Below, in pieces: positions 1-11,478 of a stretch of DNA of 64,000 nucleotides. The stretch spans positions 7,006,852-7,070,851 of the forward strand of contig JBJCIZ010000239.1 in the NCBI GenBank assembly GCA_051294375.1. The letters run 5' to 3'. Made by a program: the position numbers and the translations under genes. The stretch comes from Paraspadella gotoi. Taxonomy: Eukaryota > Animalia > Chaetognatha. The stretch's first letter is position 1. The number at the start of each line of letters is the position of its first letter. The notes beneath the pieces were generated by a model that was not told where the DNA came from, did no database searches, and saw only the letters and a list, made by a program, of their open reading frames with translations.

Positions 1-1072
1 CCAATTTTCTCATTTATGTGAGAATATCAAGTCTCAAATCAATTATTACAATGTTCAAACATGACATGGGGACAAACTAGAATTCAGTTAGAAAACAAAA
101 GTTATCCCAAATGCTACAATATGCAAATGAGATTCAATTTCTCAATCTCCGTCTATATTCATTGAATTTTATTCAATGATAAGTTTTTCTCTTACACTTA
201 AAAATCTACCGCTTCTCTCTTCCTCCCGTTTTCTTTCCTATCTCCCTTCCTTCCATCCCTACACATTGCTACCATCCTCACAAAAAAAAGAAAACCCTTG
301 GGCGTCTGGCAAAAGCCGGAGACGAGGCTGGCGCATTGTTAATTCAGGATTTTTTAGGAACTCTTTATCACGAGAAAAGTTTTATGCCCTCGTCTCACAT
401 CCATTTTTCTTCCCCATCTTTTCTGTCTCGCGCTGTTTCTCTCTGTCTCCTTTTCTCTCTCTCTCTCTGCGCTCTCGGTCTGCTTCCTCGTCATCGGTCT
501 CGTCCTCTCTCTCTCTTCTCTCTCGATCTCTCTCATCTCTCTGCTCTCTCACTTTTATTCACTTTCTCCTTTTCATTTCACTTATTTCCAGATTCGCGTC
601 CCAACAATACCGCGGACAATTTTTCAAATTCATGAAGATATATTTATTTTTTCTTTTTTTATCAACATTTTAGAAGCAAAATTTTTATTTCAGAAGAGAT
701 ATATTTATATTCGCCAGTCTATTCGTTAAAAATTTGTAAACTTTCCGAAGGGTCAAAGCTCTCACAAGAAAAAAGTGAACAATCGGAACCACCATTAAAA
801 CCACTCTGGCCACCACCTTGGTCAATCAACCCACCAAGTTGACCTCTTCCACCTGTGCCGCCGATCTGATAGCATCCTTCTTTTGCCATAATACCCGCGA
901 AGTCAATCCAGTGGCATTCTCTGTGCCATTTTACCAGTGAAACTAATCCGCGATTGCAATTAAATGGGATTTGCCATTTCACCTAATGGCATCTTCAAAC
1001 ATTTTCTCGATATTACGATGGCAATTAACCCTCCATCGCTTTACTGTAAAAACTTTTGGCCCAAAGACCGCT

Positions 1073-1368
1073 GACCACAGACCACGGTGTCCACAGAGAC
1101 GACAGAGACCACGGAGGCCTTAGAGACCACATAGATGACAGAGGCTACAGAGGTCACAGAGACCACATAGACGACAGAGGTCACAGGCCACAGTGTCCAC
1201 AGAGACCGCAGAGACCACAGAGGCCTTAGAGACCACATAGACGATAGAGGCCACAGAGGCCAGAGAGACCACAGATGCCACAGAGGCCACAGAGGCCACA
1301 GACACCACAGAGACGACACAGGCCACAGAGACCACAGAGGCCACAGTGGCCACAGAGGCCACAGAGAC
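1073..1368. repeat. Minisatellite built from 9-bp CCACAGAG(G/A) units
   Basis: About 30 degenerate units such as ccacagagg/ccacagaga; explains the WPLWPL and VASVAS ORFs on the - strand. Confidence 0.9.
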
Positions 1369-1793
1369 ATTAAGTCTCAGATTAATCCAATCTCGAACGC
1401 CATCAAAATCAATTCCCCCCCTCTGAGATATTACGCCAGCCGATTTAGGGTTGTATCAGGACGTAAGTTTTGGGAAACACGAGATTGGATCCCCACCATG
1501 GGTGATTTTAATTTTAATTCATAAATTTATTTAAAAAAATCAAATAAGGTGTTAAGTTTTGAGAGTAATGTGGATTCAGTTATAACCGCTATCTCTTTGT
1601 TTCTCTTTCTCCCTTTTTTTCCCTCTCTCTCTTTCTTGATCCTTATCATCAAAAGTGTTTAGAAAATAAACGGTTATTATGATCATTTATAGAGTGCCGG
1701 AAAAACTATACCTGTATGGCCCATTCTTACGAATGGTGTTTTGAGCGGCGTAATACTTGCCCCCTTCCGCCCTTTTCTCCGACCCCCTCTCAC

Positions 1794-1967
1794 CCAAATG
1801 AAGCCCCGTCGTCTTCTGTTTACATCCGGGGGCGTTGGTCGCGCCGACGCCCGCGTGACCGCGCCGCTGGTGGTTGACGGCCGCGGCGGCTGCGGCGGCG
1901 TCGCGGGCGTCCGCTCCCGGCGCCGCGTCATCTAGCGAGTGATAGGAGAAGCCGACGGAAGACAGAC
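1794..1967 (-). CDS. Internal exon, putative cytoplasmic region of the Ig-superfamily membrane protein
   Basis: Acceptor ttttttcaccctcaag|, donor |gtgaga, 174 bp, phase 1-1, open: (G)LSSVGFSYHSLDDAAPGADARDAAAAAAAVNHQRRGHAGVGATNAPGCKQKTTGLHL(G); GC-rich island in AT/CT-rich flanks. Confidence 0.7.
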
Positions 1968-2011
1968 CTTGAGGGTGAAAAAAACAAAAGATCCTTTCGT
2001 TGTGGAAGAAA

Positions 2012-2803
2012 TGAGACTCTTCTCTCTCCTCTCTCTCTCTCTCTCTCTCCTCTCTCTCTCCTCTCTTATATCGTTGTCTCCCGCCTTCTCCTCCCTCCGT
2101 ACCCCGTTTTTTTCCTCCTTCTCTCTCCTCTCTTACTCTTCTCAGTCTGTTTGTCTCTCTCTCTTCTCTCTCTCTCTCTTCTTCTCTCTCTCTCTCTCTC
2201 TCTTCTCTACTTTCCCTCCCTCTGCTCTTCTTCTCTCTCTCTCTCTCTCGTCCTCTCATCTTCCTTAATTAATTATAGTTTGTTTGGTTTTTATTTTGCT
2301 TGTTTATTTGTTTTACACACCACGGGCGGGGAACCAGAGGGACACGAGACGGGCCCGATTAGGTCGTCTCTTTCTCTCTCTCTCTCCTCTTCTCCTCTCT
2401 CCCTCTACCTTCTGTCATCTATCCTCCCTCCTCCTCTGCTCATTCCTCCATGATCTCTCTCTCTCTCCTCTCCTTCTCTCTAATTGTCGTACTTCCCTCT
2501 CTCTCGTCATCTGTTTCTTCTCTCTTCCTCTCTCTCTCTACTTCATCTCTCTCTCTTTTTCTCTCTCTCTCTCTTAGGAATGAGATTTCTTTTCCTTCCC
2601 CATTATTTTTTTTGGTAATTTTATTTTCCAGCTGAATTTTTATTAAAAATCAAAAATGGTTGGCAGGGGGAGGAAGAGAGTGGGAAGAAAGAGACCAAAA
2701 AGAGAGAGATGAGAGAGAGGAGAGACAGCAGAGAGAGAGAGAGAGAGAGAAGATGAGAGAGAGAAGAGAGAGAGAGAGAGAGTGAAGAGAGAGTATCTTG
2801 TTT
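2012..2803 (+). repeat. Direct duplicate of ~4076-4885 (contig overlap across the 25-N gap)
   Basis: Unique spacers between CT tracts match with indel noise, e.g. 2264 ttaattaattatagtttgtttggttttt vs 4353, and 2576 ggaatgagatttc vs 4650. Confidence 0.85.
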
Positions 2804-2828
2804 NNNNNNNNNNNNNNNNNNNNNNNNN

Positions 2829-4075
2829 ACGTGTCGCCAACAAATCCCACGGCTGTCGCACCAACGATTACAGTAAGCCAAGACAGAGATTTCTCACGCT
2901 ATCTATGAAACCAAGGTCAGGTGGAAGCTCGATAACTTTTGATAAAACAAACAGACGAGAGAAGGTCGTTGTCAATTTTCAAACAGACCATCCCCATCGC
3001 GTTTTTTTTTTTCGGGCGATACAAAATCTACTGCTTATATACATTGCCAGTGGATATCAGAGACGTGGGTAAAAATTTCCCTGGCGGAATGCGAAGCCAT
3101 CCGCATTGCCGGTTCCATTTCGGATCGGTTCAGTGGCGCAAAATCAGAGACCTCTGATTCCCCTGTAATTGATGGCAAGGATTTAGGGTGTGGATTTAGG
3201 CTTAGCGCATCTAGCGCCGCTCTAGCGCTTTAATCATTAAGGTTAAGGAATGGAGAGTCCTAGACTTTGAAGGTTTAGGGACTTAGGAGCATTGGCAATT
3301 ACAGGCGTTGGCTAACGAGATCTAGACTTTTGACCTTGCGATCCGTGCCTGTAGATTAAACTCTCGGCCTCCCTCTCGGCACTCAACAGGCGAATCCCTG
3401 GTGTCGCGTGCCGACACCCGTGAGCATTCTCTCTTCTCACGAATCGCCCGGCCTCGGGCGTTCGCCCCGCCCCCTTACCGGTTCCTGTCATCGTGGGAAG
3501 GTTAGGAACAGAGCTTTAACGCAGACCCTACCGTTTGGCGGACACGAATAACGTACTGCATGCCTAAGTTTTGAAACGCGAGCTGATGAAGCGGTTAACA
3601 TGATTCTAAAATCATACTCTTATTTTTTTTATTCATTTTTTTTAATCCTTTTGATCATTCAAAATTTTTTTTTTGAATTTTGAAAAAACCGAATGGAAAT
3701 GATCTACGTGTTTTATGACAGAGAGTTTTTTTTAGTCTCTCGAGAATTTGGATCAATTAGATGACAAGGACAAGCTCTTTTATCCCAGGTGCTGGTCCAT
3801 CTTCCTGCAATGATTCCTTGGACCCCAAAGCGAGATTGGACTGAATCGGGGTGAAATTTACACGGCAAAAGGTGAAAAGTCAAAATCGGAAAGTTAAAAG
3901 GGAAAATAAAAAGCGGAAAGAGAGGAAATAACTTGAAGAATTGTGTTGATACAGGATTCTGCTTTCCCGTGCGTTGAAATACTCGGAAATTGACATCCTC
4001 ACGAATCCAATTCTCACGTTTTCCAATTTCTTTTCCTACTACCCCATCGTTTCCACATGACGAAGTCCATCTACT
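2829..4075 (-). repeat. Noisy inverted copy of ~5205-6240
   Basis: Reverse complement aligns along its length, e.g. 4043 ccccatcgtttccacatgacgaagtc vs 5221 gacttcgcatgtgaaacgatgggg; 2845 atcccacggctg vs 6220 cagccgtgggat. Indel-rich, like a raw long read. Confidence 0.9.
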
Positions 4076-4960
4076 TCCTCTCTCTCTCTCTTCTCTCCTC
4101 CTCTCTCCTCTCTCTCTCTCGTCTCCTCTCTCTCTCCTCTTCTAATCTCTTTCTGTTGATCAGTCCCCCTTCTCCTACCCTCTTCCCCTTTACTTTTGTC
4201 TCTCTAATCTCTCTCCTCCTTTACTCATTCATGTATCTGTCTCTCTCTCTTCTCTCTCTCTCTCTTCTGATCTCTCTCTCTTTCCTCTCTCTCTCTTCCT
4301 TTCCCTCAGCTCTCTCTCTTCTCTCTCTCCTCTCCCTCTCCTCGCTTCTTCCTTCAATTAATTATATTTGTTTGGTTTTTATTTGGCTTTTGTTTATTTG
4401 TTTTACACGCCGCGGGGAACAGAGGGAACGAGACGCCCGAAGCGTCTCTCTCTCTCTCTCTCTCTTCTCTTCTCTCCTCTCGCCACTCTCCTCCTTCCTC
4501 TCATCTCGCTCCTCTCCTCATCTATCTCTCGCACTTTCCTCTCTCCTCCTCTCTCTCTCTTTTTGCGTACTTCCCTCTCTCGTCTCTCTGTCTTTCTCTC
4601 TTCCTCTCTCTCTCTACTCTCTCTCTCTCTTTTTCTCTCCTCTCCTCTTGGAAATGAGATTTCTTTATCCTTCCATTATTTTTTTGGTAATTCTTAATTT
4701 TCCAGTGAATTTTTTTTAAAAAATCAAAAAATGGTTGCAAGGGGAGGAGAGAGAGTGGGAGAGAAAGAAGAGACCAAAGAGAGATGAGAGAGAGAGAGGA
4801 GAGAGACGAGAGAAGAGAGAGAGAGAGAAAGACGAGAGAGAAGAGAGAGAGAGAGAGAAGAGAGAGTGAAGAGAGAGTAAAAATCCTGGTATTTCAATCG
4901 ATTGAATGAAAGAGAGGACAGGACTCCCATAATTCCATCCAATCGCGACGCCCGTTTAAT

Positions 4961-5043
<83 letters not shown>

Positions 5044-5056
5044 CCCCCTTCTTCAG

Positions 5057-5132
5057 GGCGCCACGTGAAAAAGCGACAGTGACGTCGTCATTCTACAACG
5101 AAGATTTCGAATTTCGGTGAACAACGTTCACG
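5057..5132 (+). CDS. Candidate small exon on the strand opposite to its neighbours
   Basis: Acceptor tttccccttcttcag|, donor |gtgagc; phase 0-1 frame GAT*KSDSDVVILQRRFRISVNNVH(G) with one in-frame TGA at 5066 (possible sequence error). Confidence 0.35.
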
Positions 5133-5183
5133 GTGAGCCAGCGTCAGTGGGCGGACGTGAGTGGCCAATCGATGAGGTCTTCT

Positions 5184-5222
<39 letters not shown>

Positions 5223-5412
5223 CTTCGCATGTGAAACGATGGGGACGTAAAAAAATATGAAACGTGAAATGATTCGTGAGGATTCAATTTCACGAGTTTT
5301 CACCGCGTGAAAGCAGAATCCCTTTTCACACATCTCATTTTTCTCTTTTCCCTTTTTACTTTTCCCTTTTAACTTTTCCATTTTGACTTTTCACTTTTCC
5401 GTGTAAATTCAC

Positions 5413-5467
5413 CCGATCAGCCATCTCCTTTGGGGTCAAGGAATCATTGCAGGAAATGGACCAGCAC
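5413..5467 (-). CDS. Candidate small internal exon
   Basis: ttttatccag| ... |gtgaat; merging with the second copy at ~3789-3850 gives phase 1-0 (G)AGPSSCNDSLTPKEMADR. Confidence 0.4.
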
Positions 5468-5750
5468 CTGGATAAAAGACGCTTTTGTCATCTAATTGAT
5501 CAATCGGAGAGCCTAAAAAAACTCTCTGTCATAAAAACGTAGATATCCTTCGTTTCTCAAATTCAAAAAAATTAATGTCAAAAAGGATTAAAAATAGATT
5601 TAAATCATGTTAACTTCAGTCGCGTCAAAACTTAGCATCTAACTTTCGTCCGCCACGTTAGGCTGCGTTAAAAGCTTGTTCCTACCTTCAAACATTGACA
5701 CCAAAGGGGCGCGAACCCGAGGCCGATTCGTGAGAAGAGAGAATGCTCAC

Positions 5751-5772
5751 TCGCACGCCACCAGGGATTCGC
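5751..5772 (-). CDS. Candidate micro-exon (5' boundary uncertain)
   Basis: Good donor |gtgagc at 5750. The duplicate at 3390-3419 reads caacag|(G)ESLVSRADT|gtgagc, 30 nt, phase 1-1. An upstream acceptor giving IKLSPPSALKRRIPGGVR is also possible. Confidence 0.3.
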
Positions 5773-6213
5773 CTCTTGAGTGCCGAGGGAGGCGAGAGTT
5801 TAATCTACAGCACGGATACCAAGCAAAGTCTAATCTCTTACCAAACCTGTAATCCAATCCCTAATCCTAAACCTTAAAGTCTAATTCCTAAATATTAATC
5901 TTTAACCCTCATTCCTAACCTTAATGATTAACGCTAATGCCTAACCTAAATCCACAACCTAATCCCTTGCCATCATTACAGGAATCAAGGTCTCTGATTT
6001 GCCCTGACCCGAATGGAACCGGCCAATAGGCGGATGGGCTTCCATCCGCCAGGAAATTTTACCCACGTCTCTGATCCACTTGCAATGTATAAATAGCAGT
6101 AGATTTTGTATCTGAGCATTCTGTTGAAAATTGACAACGACTTCTTGTCTGTTTTTCTATCAATAAATTCCACCTTGGTTTCATGCTGAAATCTCTGTCT
6201 TCTTACTTAAATG

Positions 6214-6255
6214 TGGTGGCAGCCGTGGGATTCGAACCCACGCCTCCAGAGAGAC
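6214..6255 (-). pseudogene. tRNA-Leu 3' half with encoded CCA
   Basis: Reverse complement gtctctctggaggcgtgggttcgaatcccacggctgccacca matches the variable arm, T arm and acceptor 3' strand of eukaryotic tRNA-Leu, plus CCA. D arm and anticodon absent. Confidence 0.85.
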
Positions 6256-6461
6256 GAATGACTGAAATCTGACTGAAATATCTGTCTTCTAACTTAAATG
6301 CCACAATACTCACTTTTAACCTAAGATTTTTAAACCTAAAAATTAACTAAATTCCCAAGTTACTACGGGGCGGTTAGGGAAAATAAGGCCCCTCGCCTAA
6401 TTCGACTCTGATTTTAAAAAGGCTCTAATTCTGCGAATGCTTTCTCATTTGCTTTGGGCAG

Positions 6462-6533
6462 CGAAGTCGTTTAGAGTTTTCTGCATGATTTGTGTCAGAA
6501 ACTTTCGAAAATTATCTTTTTCGCGGCACAGTG
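6462..6533 (+). CDS. Candidate exon of an antisense gene
   Basis: tttctcatttgctttgggcag| ... |gtgagt (consensus donor), 72 bp, phase 1-1, open: KSFRVFCMICVRNFRKLSFSRHS. No homology recognised. Confidence 0.3.
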
Positions 6534-6923
6534 GTGAGTAACACGATAAGAAGGGTTTGTGTTCTGAGAGGAAAACAAAGGAAGTCTCGAAGTGAATAAG
6601 GTGTGACGCGGCAGATATCTTTAAACTTAGCCTTAGGATTTCATCTTAGATGTATATGCTAGAGAGAGATGTATCGAAACTTTTCAGATAGTTAATACAC
6701 AAAGATGATATTAAAAATACGAGGATTGCCGCTTGGGCCTTAACCTGAAAATCACCAGGGCCTTCTTTGCAATTGAATCATAGTCGGGAAGGGAGGAGAG
6801 GGAGGGAGAGGAGAGAGAGAGAAGAGAGAGAGAAGAGAGAGAATGATTTATTGCCGGCCCTTGTTGAAAACTATAAAAAAGTATGGGGTGGGAAAGGCGG
6901 AAGGTAGGCCCTCTTTTTTTAAC

Positions 6924-7033
6924 CAGAGGGAGCGGTAGGGCACGGGACTGGGCCGGCTATCGCGCAGCGGCGGCAAGGGCGGCCGCGGCTAGTAGGGGCG
7001 GCTGCGGCAGCGGCGGCAGGGGCGGTTGAAAGT
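6924..7033 (-). CDS. Proline-rich exon, putative cytoplasmic tail
   Basis: Acceptor gcatccag|, phase 1 matching the 9148 donor: (D)FQPPLPPLPQPPLL.... The frame hits TAG at 6957-6959; a shifted frame continues PRPPLPPLRDSRPSPVPYRSL, so a frameshift error and a donor near 6923 are possible. Confidence 0.55.
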
Positions 7034-7121
7034 CTGGATGCGACCGGTTTGGGCGAAAAGAATTTAATGTTTGGTTCGGAAGAAGGGGAAAGGCATCAAA
7101 AATATTTACGTCATCGCCCGT

Positions 7122-7160
<39 letters not shown>

Positions 7161-7892
7161 GAGACGAGAGAGAGAGAGAGAGAGAGGAGGAGAAGACGAG
7201 AGAGAGAGACCTTTTTGTCTCTCGCCTAGGAGTAGAGTTCCAATAGAAAGAAAAAAGTTGTTTAAATGATCTTAAATTACATAAATACCAAAAAATATTT
7301 TTGAAAAATATTTTTATTTACAAAGTCGAGAATATTTTAAAGAAAGGCTAACTTAGAAACAGATTTGTTTTAAAGATGTTTGTCCAAATTTATATAAATT
7401 CAAATAATTTAGTAAGTCCATCAATAATTAATATACGATTTAATTCGGCTAGTTTTGATATTTTTTTATATATTTGAATAAGTTCCATTAAGAGATTATA
7501 AGACATAAGATATTATTCTGCCAAATATTTCGAATTGTTTTTCAGTTCATATTAAATACGTATTTCGCTTATATACGTAGAAGCCTCGTTATAAAACTCA
7601 TTTTAATAACCATTTCCTCATTATTTTCGTCTCCTCTAATGATCTTTTTCTTTCCATTTTTTTCTCTCTCTTTTTTTTTCATTCTTTTTATGATTCAAAT
7701 TTTCCCGCCATCCACCACGCCCATCCATTCTCGTTTTTTTTCCGCCATTTTTTTTTTAAAACCGTCGATTCTCTTTCTTTTATTTTTTGTCGTCGTTTTA
7801 AGTGTGAATTACTATTAATGAAGTTTTTTCGCGCTAAAATCAGCGTCCCTAAATTTTTTAAATGTGGAAGAGTTTGAATGTGTTGAAGATGT

Positions 7893-8217
7893 GGCGCTAT
7901 TTTCCGAGAGCGCCCCAATTTGATTCATAATTATCAAACTTCATAACAACCCTAATATCTCGCTCTTAATTTTTTTGAAAGTTTAATCCAATCTTTAACC
8001 CATAACCCTAACCATTACCTAATTCCTAACCGTAATCTTTAACTTCAATTCCTAATCTCTAACCTAAATGCCTAACCTTATTTTCTAACCTAATCCCTAA
8101 TCCTTAACCAAATCTTCTACCAAATCCGTAAACTAACCTTTAACGATATTTATTAAACTATAAATAAAATCAATTTTGAATTTAAGTTGATATGGGGCGC
8201 TTTCGGAAAATAGGGGC
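7893..8217. mobile_element. MITE-like element with ~25-bp TIRs and a degenerate (TAACCC)-like interior
   Basis: ggcgctattttccgagagcgcccca (7893-7917) vs reverse complement of 8193-8217, gcccctattttccgaaagcgcccca: 22/25 match. Related ends near 6366-6392, 13970-13997, 19085-19112 and 22522-22550, each beside similar TTAGG(G)-like tracts. Confidence 0.7.
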
Positions 8218-8712
8218 AAAGAAAGGGGGGGGTTAAGATTCTGGATCGGTTCAGATAAAGGTAAGTTGTGGTATGACATGTAAAAGTACTTGTACCTGAC
8301 TGGCGTGGAAAAATTATGGAAACAAGTATGTAAATATTTTTTTTTTGGAATAGATTACAAAGTGAATTTTTACATTTAAATATTAGGCTAAGAGTTACGG
8401 GGATTAAAATTCGGTATGGGATTATGGTTGTAGATTAGGAGTAGAGATTAAGTTTCCGGGTTAAGAGGTAGGATTAAGGTTTAGGATTAAAATCTGTTAA
8501 GAGATCAGGGTTGTGCCAAGGGTTTTTTTTTGGGGGGGGGGAGGAAATGATGGGACAACGGATTTTCGATGGAACCAAAAGATGGAGCCAAGGGATGGAA
8601 TCGGGAGAATTTAAAAAGAAAGAGGAAAAGATACTTAACAGGAAAAAGGATTTGATGAATGAGAGGAATTTTGAAAGCCAAAAGTGGTGGCAGAAAATAG
8701 AGAATATCGTTA

Positions 8713-8763
<51 letters not shown>

Positions 8764-9147
8764 ACTTTTTTGGTAGACCTCCCTGATTGAGATTATTTTT
8801 GGACACTTAATAAAAATGGAAGGGAATTCCCGTCGACGATAATGACATTCGAAGAAAAGAGATAAAATGAACGGAGGGAGAGAGAGACGTTGGAGAAAAG
8901 AGAAGAGAATAAAAGAGAGGAATGATAGAGAGAGAGTCGGAGAAGAGAGGAGGAAGAAAAAGAAAAGAGAAGTTCTAAGTTATAGAGAAGTTGAAAAACT
9001 AAAAATGGAAGAAAAAGTGAGAAAAATGAGAAAAGAAAAGGAAGGAAAATTGAAAATAAAACGAAAACAAATAATAAAACAAAACTAACAAAAAATGAAA
9101 CATCATTAAAACAACAACCAAAACAAAACTGAAACAACAAGACTTAC

Positions 9148-9375
9148 CCTTCAACGATGATCTCTTGCCCTTCTTGTTTCCTCTGACAATCGCCGAAAGG
9201 GTCGCGGCGTATCCTCGACCGTTGATGGCGGGCTGGGCGACGCCGCCGCAGCCGCCGCCGCCGCCGCCGCTTCCGCCACCACCACCGCGGCTGCCGTGCC
9301 CGCCGATGGTGTGGTGGCGGTGGTGATGAACGTGGTTGCCCACAGCGCCCACAGCGCGGTGGTGATTGTTGAGTC
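9148..9375 (-). CDS. Internal exon, His/Gly-rich putative cytoplasmic region
   Basis: Acceptor ...cacaactgaag|, consensus donor |gtaagt, 228 bp, phase 1-1, open: (G)LNNHHRAVGAVGNHVHHHRHHTIGGHGSRGGGGGSGGGGGGCGGVAQPAINGRGYAATLSAIVRGNKKGKRSSLK. Confidence 0.75.
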
Positions 9376-9554
9376 CTTCAGTTGTGGGCGAGGGGGGGGG
9401 AAGAAGAGTTGTACTTAACTTAATATTCATTTAATCCTACATGCACATATATTTAGTTGTATAGAAATACTTTACCAAAATAAGATTAAAGTTTTAGAGT
9501 ATTAAGGAAGGAAAGCGGGGAAAAAAATTAAAATAGTCAAGTAGTTAAGAAATC

Positions 9555-9930
9555 AAACATTGAAACAGTCAAATGGACAAAAAGTCAAAAAGTCATGCGA
9601 TTATGCAGTCAAACAATGAAGCAATCAAATATTAAAACGGTTCAACAAGCAATCAAGGTGTCAAACAGTCAAGCAGTCAAGTAATAAAGATTTCAAACAG
9701 TCAAGTATTCAAGCTGTCATAAAGTCAAAAAGTCAAGAAATCAAGCTGTCAAACAGTCAAGCAGTTAGGTAATCAAGCTGACAAATAGTCAAGTAGTTAG
9801 GTAATCAAGCTGTCAAGCAGTCAAGTAATCAAGCTGTCAAACAGTCAAGCAATCAAACTGTCAAACAGTCAAGCAATCAAGCTGTCAAACAGCCAAGCAA
9901 TCAAGCTGTCAAACAGCCAAGCAGTCAAGG
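9555..9930. repeat. Minisatellite of 8-bp subunits, ~24-bp higher-order unit AAGCAATCAAGCTGTCAAACAGTC
   Basis: Repeated caagctgt/caaacagt/caagcaat octamers, most regular at 9810-9930. Confidence 0.85.
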
Positions 9931-10051
9931 TAAAATCCTCTTCTCTTCAACCCAACGACCTTCACGATTTCTTTTCTCACGTGAAAACGAAAAAAAAAAC
10001 GAGAGAGAGAAAGAGAGAGAGAGGGGGGGAAAGAGAGAGGAAGAAAGAGAG

Positions 10052-10114
<63 letters not shown>

Positions 10115-10239
10115 CGCTTTTTTAATCTTCTCCGTCATGAAAACGACATCGCAATTCTTTGCGCCACATTTTCTCTTTCCAGTTTCATGAAAAAAAGTTT
10201 AATGCGAAAAATATGGTAACGTCATCTTCGTGATAGTCA

Positions 10240-10512
10240 GTCGTCGTCGTCATCGCTATCTTTTTCGTCGTTGTCGTCATCGTTGACATCGTTTTTGTTA
10301 TCCTCGTTGTCATCGTCATCGTCGTGGTCATTGTCATCTTCGTTGTAATAATCAGCATCGTCATCGTTGTATTTATCATCACCGTCGTCTTTGCCATCAT
10401 CGTCCTCGTTATCATCATTGTCGTTTTCATCTTTAACTTTCTCATCGATATCGTCATCAGTGTTGTTGTTATCTCCAGTAACATTGTCGTCATCGTAATC
10501 GTCATTGTCATT
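10240..10512. repeat. Degenerate (TCG/TCA)n trinucleotide tract
   Basis: Directly visible; a second tract lies at ~11043-11330. Confidence 0.85.
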
Positions 10513-10530
10513 ATTTGTTTTTTATGATGT

Positions 10531-10797
10531 TGTGGCGGTATATTCACACCGCCTCACGTCCACCATCCTTCAGCCAAATCCATTGGCTCAGAGGGGGAAC
10601 ACACCATCCCAGGCGTAGTGTTCCATCCACAGTCTTAACGACTTCCCTCTGTGTTGGCAAAGCGAGACCGTCCTAGGGTAACCGCGCCAGTGACTGGAGG
10701 CGTCACTGAGGGTCGGAAGCCCCCAAAGCCAACAGTGAGATGCCCCATCCCAATGGGCATCACAGGCAACCCGGCTGTTGCCATAATGTACTTTTTT
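10531..10797 (+). ncRNA. Candidate structured RNA or structured end of a mobile element (unidentified)
   Basis: At least seven perfect 6-7-bp stems in ~265 nt, including a multibranch closed by TGTTGGC/GCCAACA, then TTTTTT. No known family recognised; strand inferred only from the T-tract. Confidence 0.3.
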
Positions 10798-11410
10798 CAA
10801 ATTCAATCGTCACCTTCAGTCGCGGGCGGTCAGTCGATTTCAGTTTTTTTATTTGTTGCTTTATTTTGATTGGGTAAAAAATACCATTCAGCAAAACTAA
10901 TAAATTAATTAATTAAATTGGTATCTCTCTCTCTCTCTCTGCCCCTCTTTCTCTCTCTCTCTCTCTTTGCCAAAACGAAAGAGATTATTTTGGTTTTCAT
11001 GCAAATTTGATGAAAAATCCGCCGCTACAGAAAATATTCAACGACGTCGTCATCATCGTCGTCGTCGTCGTCATCATCATCGTTATGATCGACTTTGTCA
11101 TCGGCTTCGTCTTCATCACCATCGTTCTCAACACTGTTATCGTCATTTTTGTCATTGTCATCGTCGTCGTGATCGTCATCCTCATCGTTGTCATCTTCAT
11201 TATTGTCGTTGTCAATTCTCATGATACTAGTTATCATAATCGTTATCATAACTCATCGCTATTCCAATGACATTTATATAATAATAATTCTCATTGTCAT
11301 CATTTTCATCATCATCATCATCATCACCTCCGTTTCCGGTTGAGCGAGAATCGAGTCCGGCCAAAATGTCTGTCCTCGCTTGAGCCACCTGAAGGAAAGA
11401 GGAGTTTTCT

Positions 11411-11478
<68 letters not shown>

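Noticed and set aside
719-982. - strand ORF ending GGSDCSLFSCESFDPSESLQIFNE* as the terminal exon of the Ig-superfamily gene
   Set aside because: Position and composition are plausible, but the available acceptors either mismatch the phase-1 donor at 1793 or run into stops; unsupported without transcripts.
10997-11270. Asp-rich, Thr/Met-rich and Val/Ile-rich ORFs (also 10185-10547)
   Set aside because: Open in several frames only because of degenerate trinucleotide tracts; no splice signals.
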